The position numbers and the translations under genes are program-made. Shown in pieces: positions 1 to 7,903 of a stretch of DNA of 20,000 bases (position 1 is the stretch's first letter; each line of letters begins with the position of its first letter). The notes under the pieces were generated by a model that was not told the origin of the DNA, made no database searches, and was given only the letters and a program-made list of their open reading frames with translations. This DNA is from an uncultured virus (IMG/VR IMGVR_UViG_3300022752_000052) (Duplodnaviria; Heunggongvirae; Uroviricota; Caudoviricetes), in IMG/VR virus record IMGVR_UViG_3300022752_000052, positions 57,617-77,616 of that record. The stretch is one strand, 5' to 3'.

Positions 1-143
1 TCAGTAAATATATTTAAGGGAGAGTCCGCGGCTCCATTATACTTAGAGTCTTTATATAAGACAAGATTTTCTAAGTTTTTAAAAATTTTTTTTATTTCTT
101 CTTCAGGAGAAGATTTTTCTTTTACTTGTTTATAATCAATCAT
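1..143 (-). CDS. 5' part of an ORF missing from the ORF track (runs off the window); DUF1599 / nucleotide-modification-associated domain-like protein
   Basis: Manual translation from ATG at 143: MIDYKQVKEKSSPEEEIKKIFKNLENLVLYKDSKYNGAADSPLNIFT..., open to base 1. LxxLxxxKxxKYxxxxxxPxxIF resembles the DUF1599-type N-terminal pattern (K-N-x-x-Y-G...P..IF) as I recall it. Confidence 0.55.
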   Translation of the reverse strand, partial: MIDYKQVKEKSSPEEEIKKIFKNLENLVLYKDSKYNGAADSPLNIFT

Positions 144-191
144 GGTATAGTTATTTTACGATAAAACCAATAAATAATAATAAAGTTTTAT

Positions 192-218
192 AAAAAGAGG
201 AGGCTTTTATGCCTCCTC
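192..218 (-). terminator. Rho-independent terminator after nrdA
   Basis: Perfect 8-bp stem GAGGAGGC (197-204) / GCCTCCTC (211-218) with a 6-nt loop, followed on the minus strand by TTTTT (192-196); about 60 nt downstream of the nrdA stop. Confidence 0.85.
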
Positions 219-277
219 GCAAAAAAACTTTCAACAACTTAAATACCTCTTGTTTATTATATGATATAAAATAAAAA

Positions 278-2002
278 TTAACCTTCACAGACAATACACT
301 CGGAATACAAATCTCTCTGTTGTTTACTATCGGCTCTTAGATTGCTCTCAGATCTTAAATAATACAAAGATTTAATTCCTAATTTCCAGGCTTCGATATG
401 AACTTGATTTATCCATTTTGCAGGTGCATCATGAAAGAAAGCTAGATTTATAGACTGTCCTTGATCAATATATTCTTGCCTAATTGCTGCTTGTCTAACC
501 AACTCTAATTGATTTATTTCCTTAAATGTTCTAAATACTTCTTTTTCTTCATCTGTTAAACCATCTATATTTCTAACAGAACCTTTATCTTCCGCAATAA
601 TATCCCATATTTGAGGGGTATTAAGTCCTTTTTCGTCTAGTAATTTTTCTAAATCAGGATTTCTTCTTAGGTGAGCTCCTTTTGCATCATCATCCATATA
701 CAAATTGGCGGCAAATGGTTCAATTCCTTGAGACATTCCTCCGGCCAATTTAGATGAACTTCTATTGGGAGCTACAGCTACACAAGTTAAATTTCTATAC
801 CCGCTCTTCTCACACCAGGCAGGTTCGCCAAACTCTTTAGCCATCCACATAGAAGCTTTATCTGATTTTTCCTTTATATGACTAAAAATAACCCTAGTTA
901 AAGAAGTTGCCTGTATTCCCACGAAAGGTATTCTCATTTTTTGTAAAAGTGAAGCCCATCCTAATGCCCCTAATCCTAAAGCTCTAGATTTTTCGGCAAA
1001 TCTTATAGAGTCTTCAATTCCTTGTATATGTTTAGCTTTTTCTAAAAACTCAGAGATTACTGCATCTAAGAATATAGTGGCATAATATACTGCATCTGTT
1101 TTTGACCATTCATCCCATTTATATAAATTCATGGAAGATAGGCAACATACAAAAGTGTGATTTTCATCAGAAGGTAACATTATTTCTGCGCATAATTGAC
1201 TGTGTCTTACCTTTAAATTATATGCGGAAAATGTACTTTTAAGATTTGCATTAGCATTATCCACAAAAAATGTATATGGCTCTCCAGTTTTAACTCTAGT
1301 TTTTATATGCTCTAACCACAACTCTCTTTTGCTACCATTTTTATTAATAACTTCCTCCATAAAATCATTAGAGAATTTTGCTCCCATATGAATATTATGA
1401 CATTGTCTATTAATATCCCCTTTTGGTTCTCTTATTTTTAAGAAGTCAGAAAACTCCGAGTGATTTGCGGATAAATATACAGCTACAGCACCTCTTCTCA
1501 TTTTACCTTGTTTAGATGCTATAATAGTAGAATCAAAAGATTTTATAAAAGGTATAATTCCATCAGTAGTTCCATTTGATCCGTCTTTTATTAATGCTCC
1601 TTTAGGTCTAATTTCAGAAAAATCATATGCAGTACCTCCACCGTGTTTAGATAGTATAGCCATTTCAAGATTTTTTCTGTATATATCGTACATGGAATCA
1701 CCTACATATCCGCCAAAACATGATATAGGTAATCCCCTGTTAGTTCCAAAATTACTCATTACCGGAGTAGATGGTATCAGCCATCCATTCCAAAGTATTT
1801 CAAAAAATTTAGAAAAAAGTTCAGGTTTGTTTAAGTACTTTGCGGCTGTAATAGCTAACCTGATATACGCATTTTTAGGAGTTTCTTTATTTTGTAAATA
1901 TCCTCCTAGTATAGTTGTTAGGTAGAGGCTATTATTACCCCACTCAGGTATGTCATTTATTGTCCATCCCTGTTTTTTTGCTAAGTCGTGTAATTCGTTC
2001 AT
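278..2002 (-). CDS. nrdA: Class I ribonucleotide reductase alpha subunit (short form, no ATP cone)
   Basis: PSTPVMSN, PISCF (proximal Cys), GGGTA, QGKMRRGA, SQLCAEI (radical Cys/Glu), VCCLSS, DQGQSIN, SLYYLR (Tyr pair) and C-terminal CIVC. Confidence 0.96.
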   Translation of the reverse strand: MNELHDLAKKQGWTINDIPEWGNNSLYLTTILGGYLQNKETPKNAYIRLAITAAKYLNKPELFSKFFEILWNGWLIPSTPVMSNFGTNRGLPISCFGGYVGDSMYDIYRKNLEMAILSKHGGGTAYDFSEIRPKGALIKDGSNGTTDGIIPFIKSFDSTIIASKQGKMRRGAVAVYLSANHSEFSDFLKIREPKGDINRQCHNIHMGAKFSNDFMEEVINKNGSKRELWLEHIKTRVKTGEPYTFFVDNANANLKSTFSAYNLKVRHSQLCAEIMLPSDENHTFVCCLSSMNLYKWDEWSKTDAVYYATIFLDAVISEFLEKAKHIQGIEDSIRFAEKSRALGLGALGWASLLQKMRIPFVGIQATSLTRVIFSHIKEKSDKASMWMAKEFGEPAWCEKSGYRNLTCVAVAPNRSSSKLAGGMSQGIEPFAANLYMDDDAKGAHLRRNPDLEKLLDEKGLNTPQIWDIIAEDKGSVRNIDGLTDEEKEVFRTFKEINQLELVRQAAIRQEYIDQGQSINLAFFHDAPAKWINQVHIEAWKLGIKSLYYLRSESNLRADSKQQRDLYSECIVCEG

Positions 2003-2011
2003 TTTTATAAT

Positions 2012-2977
2012 TTAAAATAAGTCATCGCTGTTCCAATCTTCATTAGGTTTAGCGTATCCGGTTTCTCTATTATCGAAGAAGTCTGTTTGTTGTTCACCAG
2101 AAACCATTATGTAAAACCAAGACATATCATCTATTGATTTTTGGTCTACTTTATATACTGGTTTTAGTCCTAATTCAATTAATTTTCTATTGGCTCTATC
2201 ATACATAAAATTCTTGAGATTGTGTTTTGATAAAGTCTCTAATTCTCCCATTTCAAAAATACTCTCTATGTACGCAAACTCATTAATTAAAGACAAATGA
2301 ATGCCCTGCATAATACTATTTTTAAATTCCGGCGTCCATATTTCAGGATTTTCAGCAATCAATTCTCTAAACAATCTACATCCAGCTTCGCTATGTAAAC
2401 TTTCATCTCTTACAGAAAATATCATTTGTTGTCCAATACCTTTTAGTCTGTTTGATTTTCTAAATGAGAGGAGGACTGCAAAAGAACTAAATAATTGAAT
2501 ACCTTCGGCGCATGCAGAAAATAATGCTAAACTTCTTGCAATGTTAGATATAGATGTATCATTTTTATCTACATCAATAAGAACTTGCAATTTATTCATT
2601 GTTGCCTCATCTTGCAGGAATGCTTGAAAATCATCTAAACCTAAAGTATCATTTAAATATGAATAAGCTGTAGCATGTATTGTTTCAAATGCTCCAAATG
2701 TTACTGCCATCATCTTAATTTCAGGAACGGGAAACCATGTAGTAACATATTGAGACCAATAGTCATTTACATGTGTTTCAGTTTGGGCAAATCCTTTTAA
2801 GATGTTACCAATGACATTTTTTTCAGATGGATTAAGATTTTCATCCCAATCTTTGATGTCTTTTTGCATATTAATTTCTGTATGCAACCAGTGGGCATTT
2901 TGTTGTTTAAACCAATAATAATAAGCCCATTGATACTCAAATGGTTTGAAATGCAGTCTTTCTTTTAATAAAGGCAT
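2012..2977 (-). CDS. nrdB: Class I ribonucleotide reductase beta subunit
   Basis: KPFEYQWA, W30, ETIHATAY (E98, H101, radical Y105), AEGIQLFSSF, RDESLH, TDFFDNRETGY; adjacent to nrdA. Confidence 0.96.
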   Translation of the reverse strand: MPLLKERLHFKPFEYQWAYYYWFKQQNAHWLHTEINMQKDIKDWDENLNPSEKNVIGNILKGFAQTETHVNDYWSQYVTTWFPVPEIKMMAVTFGAFETIHATAYSYLNDTLGLDDFQAFLQDEATMNKLQVLIDVDKNDTSISNIARSLALFSACAEGIQLFSSFAVLLSFRKSNRLKGIGQQMIFSVRDESLHSEAGCRLFRELIAENPEIWTPEFKNSIMQGIHLSLINEFAYIESIFEMGELETLSKHNLKNFMYDRANRKLIELGLKPVYKVDQKSIDDMSWFYIMVSGEQQTDFFDNRETGYAKPNEDWNSDDLF

Positions 2978-3010
2978 GTTGTTGAAGTTATGAATTTTAT
3001 TGAAATATGA

Positions 3011-3032
3011 TTGAGTAAAAATAAGTACTCAA
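3011..3032. promoter_or_regulatory. Inverted repeat upstream of nrdB (candidate operator or mRNA hairpin)
   Basis: TTGAGTA-N8-TACTCAA in the 67-nt helicase-nrdB gap, bracketed by the direct repeat TGAAGTTAT (2983-2991 and 3037-3045). Confidence 0.35.
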
Positions 3033-3044
3033 GTAGTGAAGTTA

Positions 3045-4409
3045 TTAATTTGAAATTTCTTCGTACTCTTTAAAAAATCTATCGACTTCTGCCGGATCAA
3101 AAGCACTTGAATTTTTTGGAGCAGGACCTCTATCATCATCATCTGACATGATATTATTTATTTGATGTTTACCGCATTGTGTATCTAATAATCCTTCAAA
3201 TGATAATCCTAATTCTCCTAATCTTGATGCTACAATGTGATAAATGTTTTTTCTTGATAATGAAAACATGAAATCACATACCATGAGAACATTATATGAT
3301 TCTGCAATGTGTTCTCCATTTACAATCTTAGCTGATTCTGATGTTCTGTTTGCTTGAGATGGAACCCATGCTGGAACTTTATATTCATCTGCAATATTTC
3401 TAATGTCTGTAAAGATTTCATCTAATGCAAATCTTTTTTCTGTTTTAGTTGATTTTAGTAATTTAGGGTCATCTATAATGATTAGTCCCGGCGAAATTCC
3501 TTGATGATTACATTGGTCTAAATGTCCCCTAATAGTCATAGTAGATGCTTTGTAAGCCCCAAATTTTTTTATAATAAGCTTTCCTGGGATATCAGACATC
3601 TTTTTTTCTATAAGAGGCATGTTTTCTTGATTTAATTTATCTAAAGAAATGTCCGTAATGTAAGCATCAATCCTTTTAGATATCTGAGTAGGGTATAATT
3701 CCATTGTATAATAGATGACATTAACTCCTAACTCCATTGCATGCGCAGCTAGAGAAATTAATAACCAGGATTTTCCTCCTTTCGGCGGGCATAAAACAAC
3801 ACCTAATTCTCCAAAAGATAATCCGCCTCTCATGTATGAATTTAATACAGGCCATGGAGTAGGTATTGGATTTCTGTCGTCCTCTGTGTATCTATTTTCC
3901 AGTGTATCCTCATATATATAGCCTAAATCTAGTTCTGAACCAGCATTGTGGGCTTTGTTAATAGCAGAGAAAGCGGCGTCAAAATCATTATTTTTTACTA
4001 AGTCTACGGCATTTCTCAATGCCTTAACGTATTCTCTATTTCTGCAAAACTCTACAATTTTATCTTTAACATGCTGTAAATCTTTAGCATCTCCTAACTC
4101 TAACGAAGATTTTAAAAATATAAAGATACTTTGCGCAAAAATTTTATTTCTCTCCGATTGAGAATCGTTGTCGTCTTTGTTTGCTAGTTCTTTAATATTA
4201 ACTTTCAAAACATCTACGGTAGGCTGAAGTTTATAGGTTTCATAATAGGAGTGCATCTTTTCAATTATCCAAGACATCGACTCGTTCTCGAAATAATTAG
4301 AATCTAAGATGTCAATTATACGAGTAAAAAATAACTCGTCATTAAGTAAATTGTACAAAACTTTCTTTTGGAAATCGGAGCCAAAAGAATTTAATAAATT
4401 AGCTGTCAT
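3045..4409 (-). CDS. Replicative DnaB-family helicase (T4 gp41-like)
   Basis: Walker A CPPKGGKS, YYTMEL, Walker B LIIIDD, SQANR, IAES motifs; N-terminal DnaB-like helical domain. Confidence 0.92.
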   Translation of the reverse strand: MTANLLNSFGSDFQKKVLYNLLNDELFFTRIIDILDSNYFENESMSWIIEKMHSYYETYKLQPTVDVLKVNIKELANKDDNDSQSERNKIFAQSIFIFLKSSLELGDAKDLQHVKDKIVEFCRNREYVKALRNAVDLVKNNDFDAAFSAINKAHNAGSELDLGYIYEDTLENRYTEDDRNPIPTPWPVLNSYMRGGLSFGELGVVLCPPKGGKSWLLISLAAHAMELGVNVIYYTMELYPTQISKRIDAYITDISLDKLNQENMPLIEKKMSDIPGKLIIKKFGAYKASTMTIRGHLDQCNHQGISPGLIIIDDPKLLKSTKTEKRFALDEIFTDIRNIADEYKVPAWVPSQANRTSESAKIVNGEHIAESYNVLMVCDFMFSLSRKNIYHIVASRLGELGLSFEGLLDTQCGKHQINNIMSDDDDRGPAPKNSSAFDPAEVDRFFKEYEEISN

Positions 4410-4411
4410 TA

Positions 4412-5434
4412 TTATGATTTTAATCTGTTTACAAAATTCCTATACCAAGAATCAAAATTATCTATTTTAGAATAAAGTCCGTCGAAAGAAAACATTTCTC
4501 TAAATTCATAATCATGGCTTATAGGTACAAATTCTCTAAGTATTCTACTTATAGCACTTTTAGTATGATAAGATATATTAACATCATGTAATTGAATCAA
4601 TTTATAATTCAATTCTAGCTTGTTGAAATCATTTATAATATTATCAAGTCCTTTATATTTTTTACCTCCTGAAATCAAATCCTTGGCTCTTCTATAAAAG
4701 AAATCTATATTATCTATCTTACCTTTTTGTATTTCAGGAAAAAACTTAACAATATACTTTTCTCCCACTGACCCAAAGCTAGGAATATTATCACTACGGT
4801 CTCCTATAAAAGCTTTGTAATATACGAAGTTTTCCGGTATAACTCCAAATTCTTCCACAACTTTTTTTGGAGAATATAGTATTTTTTTTGTTGGGTTATA
4901 AACTTGTATGTTTTCTGATACTAGTTGGAGGTAATCTTTATCCGAAGACATTATAAATTTATACTTATAATCTTCTAGTTCGGAAGACTTTACTAGGATA
5001 GAAATTACATCATCTGCTTCTACTCCGTCCATGATTAATTGAACTAGTGGTAAGCTGTTTAAATACTCAATGAGTCTTCTTATTTGTCTGTCAGACTCCT
5101 TATCAGTACTTTCCGATTTATTTTCTACTAGTCTATTCAGTTTTAAACCTTTATGTTTTCCGGATTTATAGCCTTTATACATTTTTCTTCTTCTTACTGA
5201 TCCTCCTTGACCATCAAAGACTATTATTACTTTGTTTATATTATAAGTTTTAACAAAAGAAAACATAGTTTCTATAAATCCAAAGGCACCTCCAATAGTA
5301 TGTCCGTCAGTATTTAAAGTAGGATAAGCGCAAAAACATCTAACAAACAAGTTTGTACCATCTATTATAAGAACTGTTTTTTCATTAGATAAAAACCTAT
5401 GATTATCTAATAATTTTGATACATCAATAGTCAT
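4412..5434 (-). CDS. 5'-3' exonuclease / flap endonuclease (T4 RNase H, T5 FEN, PolI 5' nuclease family)
   Basis: LIIDGTNLFVR, IVFDG, YKGYK, VEADDVI, SSDKDYLQL, GDRSDNIP. Confidence 0.93.
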   Translation of the reverse strand: MTIDVSKLLDNHRFLSNEKTVLIIDGTNLFVRCFCAYPTLNTDGHTIGGAFGFIETMFSFVKTYNINKVIIVFDGQGGSVRRRKMYKGYKSGKHKGLKLNRLVENKSESTDKESDRQIRRLIEYLNSLPLVQLIMDGVEADDVISILVKSSELEDYKYKFIMSSDKDYLQLVSENIQVYNPTKKILYSPKKVVEEFGVIPENFVYYKAFIGDRSDNIPSFGSVGEKYIVKFFPEIQKGKIDNIDFFYRRAKDLISGGKKYKGLDNIINDFNKLELNYKLIQLHDVNISYHTKSAISRILREFVPISHDYEFREMFSFDGLYSKIDNFDSWYRNFVNRLKS

Positions 5435-6602
5435 TTCCTGATTCTTCTATGTGAACAAAAGGTGTAGAATCTCCTTCGTCTGCTACATTTCTATTCACAT
5501 AAGTAGTAATATAGTATTCCGATATATTAGCTAAAATGTCTTTTCTAATTTCTTCTCTAGAAAAAAGCTTATCATAAAAATCTTTTCTTTGAAATCTTAT
5601 GTCTTCTAGTATTTCGCCGGTTTCTTTGTTACAATACTTGTAAGTATACCAAGCGCCAGAAGACGTCGCTAAGCCCTTGTCTTTTAAAAAGTCCATAATT
5701 GAACTAACATCATCAATTCCTGAATTATACATAATATTAAAAGATGCTTTTCTATGTGGGGGACCAATTCTGTTTTTAATAATTTCTGCTTCAGTAGTAA
5801 CTCCTAAAGGTAAATCTTTTTCCGGGCCTTGTATCTTTCCTTTTTTAACTAATTTTACTCGAATAGTAGAATGAAATCCGATTGCCTTACCCCCTGATGT
5901 AGTGTATGAATCTCCTCGTCCTGGTAAAGCCTGTAAATTTTGTCTCAGCTGATTAGTAAATATAAGAAGTATTTTTTCTCTGCCTAATAAGTTTGTTAAT
6001 TTTCTCATAGCTTTGGAAATTATAATAGCTTTTTGAGTTGCCCATCCATCTTTATCGTAATTTCCTTCAATTTCATCTTTTGTACTAGCCCCCATAACAG
6101 AATCTACTACAATTGTTACAATGACATCTTTATTAGATGCTCTAGTTTGCTCAATAATTGTTTCTACGGAGTTAAAAACATCCTCGATGACTTCGTGTTG
6201 GACATAGACAAAGTTTTTTGTTAAATCAACTCCTATTGCTCTTAGAAAATCTTTACTCACGGAACTTTCCGTATCGATAATAATTCCTATTCCTCCTTTC
6301 TTTTGAGTCTCTTTAATAGCATGAGCCGCTAGTAGAGACTTACCTGATTGTTCTAATCCAATTAATTCAACTATTTTTCCTACAGGATAACCTCCGTTAA
6401 CTCTATTGGAAATAGCCATGTCTAAAGTAGTACATCCGGTAGAAACAAAATCACTTACATTAGTAGGAGCTAAAACAGAATCTTCTAGTTTGTAAGCTAC
6501 AGTACCAATATCCTTTTTGTACTTAGCATTTATTGCATCTATGATAGATGATGCGAATGAGGTGTCAGTCCTCTCTTGAGAGGATTCCTTCTTTTTTGCC
6601 AT
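5424..6602 (-). CDS. recA: RecA/UvsX recombinase
   Basis: STGCTTLD, Walker A GLEQSGKS, IDTE, IVVDSV, FTNQLR, SGGKAIGF, KNRIGPP, GAWY. Confidence 0.95.
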   Translation of the reverse strand: MAKKKESSQERTDTSFASSIIDAINAKYKKDIGTVAYKLEDSVLAPTNVSDFVSTGCTTLDMAISNRVNGGYPVGKIVELIGLEQSGKSLLAAHAIKETQKKGGIGIIIDTESSVSKDFLRAIGVDLTKNFVYVQHEVIEDVFNSVETIIEQTRASNKDVIVTIVVDSVMGASTKDEIEGNYDKDGWATQKAIIISKAMRKLTNLLGREKILLIFTNQLRQNLQALPGRGDSYTTSGGKAIGFHSTIRVKLVKKGKIQGPEKDLPLGVTTEAEIIKNRIGPPHRKASFNIMYNSGIDDVSSIMDFLKDKGLATSSGAWYTYKYCNKETGEILEDIRFQRKDFYDKLFSREEIRKDILANISEYYITTYVNRNVADEGDSTPFVHIEESGNDY

Positions 6603-6614
6603 AATTTATTTTTT

Positions 6615-7481
6615 TTATATAGAGTCTAGAAATTTAGAAAAATCGTCTTCAAGAGATTTAGTGGCCTCTGGTTTATCTAGTTGTTTTTTACTAGGTTCCT
6701 CGACAGATTTAGGGGCACCTCCACCTCTTATAATTTCATTAGATTCCGGTGCCTTACTTTTTGCAAACAAGCTGCCAGCTAAAGAAGTAACCATCTTTTC
6801 AATCTCTTCTTTTGTGTGGGTAACATATAATTCCTCAATATTACCAATTTCATCGTATTGTCTTTTAAAGTCATCCATGGTATATCCGTCTTCAGCGCGC
6901 TCAATAATATTAGACGGACTTCTCTTCGCAGTAATTTCAACTCCTCCGGTAGATGGTTTAGTTATAACCAAGTCAGTACCTCTTTTTAAGTCAAATATTT
7001 TAGATGATTCCTCTCCTTCGTCTTCATAAATGGTACTTATAATATTAAATATCTTCTCGTAGGTCTTTGTGTTTACAGGCCATACTTTTATTCCACTAGA
7101 CTCCTTACCTCTTATTAGAATTGGAATATAGTAAAATTTTTGAGGAGAAAAATATTTAATAAATTGCTTGTTGTTCTCGTAGTCCTGTCTGTAAAGATTA
7201 TTGGCAAATAATTCAGCCGGATCTTCTTTTTGGAAAGATTTAGGAGATACAAACTCGTAATTTGCTAAACCTATCTTTGTGGTGTAATCTCTACCATGAA
7301 TATAAACCATGTAAAAAGGCCATTCAGGATCTTTTTTGTTTGGTACAATTCTAATAGTAGTAGAACCGGATGTAGGTCTCCAAATAAAATCAAAAATGTT
7401 TTTACCTCTCTTTTTGTTAGCAGATGTAGAGGTAGAAAGTCTGTTCGCTTCTTGCTTGAAACGTTCTGCAAAATTACTCAT
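6615..7481 (-). CDS. Single-stranded DNA-binding protein, T4 gp32-like
   Basis: WRP...TIRIVP, aromatic-rich core (PFYMVYIH, FYYIPILIRG), DLKRGTDLVIT, acidic/aromatic C-terminus DDFSKFLDSI; located next to the recombinase. No Zn-binding cysteines. Confidence 0.8.
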   Translation of the reverse strand: MSNFAERFKQEANRLSTSTSANKKRGKNIFDFIWRPTSGSTTIRIVPNKKDPEWPFYMVYIHGRDYTTKIGLANYEFVSPKSFQKEDPAELFANNLYRQDYENNKQFIKYFSPQKFYYIPILIRGKESSGIKVWPVNTKTYEKIFNIISTIYEDEGEESSKIFDLKRGTDLVITKPSTGGVEITAKRSPSNIIERAEDGYTMDDFKRQYDEIGNIEELYVTHTKEEIEKMVTSLAGSLFAKSKAPESNEIIRGGGAPKSVEEPSKKQLDKPEATKSLEDDFSKFLDSI

Positions 7482-7492
7482 AACTATGTATT

Positions 7493-7903
7493 TTAAATGT
7501 TAGAAATATTCTTTTTATATAGAAACTTTAGGTCTATCAATCTTAATCCATCAGAACCGGTTACTATTAAACAATTCTCATAATAATCCCAGTCAATTTT
7601 GTAGTTAACATCAAGTTTACCATTATTTGACTTTTCGATTAGTCTATTTAAACCATTCAGAGTAAATAAAGTACCTGTTTCTTTATTTCTATGTAACATT
7701 AGAGTGGACGGCAATAAAATAAAATTATCCTCTCTAATAACATTATAGCTTAATATAAGTTCATCATTATCAGACGCATTTCTAAAAACAAATACACTAT
7801 CGTTAGTTATTTCGTAAGTGTTTTTAATTGTCTTCAATGTACTTTCTATAAAATGTGGATGACAAAATGTACACAGTAGTTTTGTAGGTTTTCTCTCAAT
7901 CAT
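7493..7903 (-). CDS. Hypothetical phage protein (136 aa) between polymerase and SSB
   Basis: Open ORF overlapping the polymerase stop (ATGA); KLLCTF and LHRNKETGTLFTLNGLN resemble a recurrent uncharacterised protein of related uncultured phages (from memory). Confidence 0.75.
   Translation of the reverse strand: MIERKPTKLLCTFCHPHFIESTLKTIKNTYEITNDSVFVFRNASDNDELILSYNVIREDNFILLPSTLMLHRNKETGTLFTLNGLNRLIEKSNNGKLDVNYKIDWDYYENCLIVTGSDGLRLIDLKFLYKKNISNI

Noticed and set aside
36..64. Sigma70-like promoter TTGTCT-N17-TATAAT on the minus strand with an overlapping GTCTT/AAGAC inverted repeat
   Set aside because: Lies inside the open DUF1599-like frame; such matches are common in about 70% AT DNA and the inferred host uses a different consensus.
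278..6602. Inteins, introns or homing endonucleases in nrdA, nrdB, helicase or recA
   Set aside because: All are of compact length with continuous motifs; no splice-junction or LAGLIDADG/HNH signatures seen.
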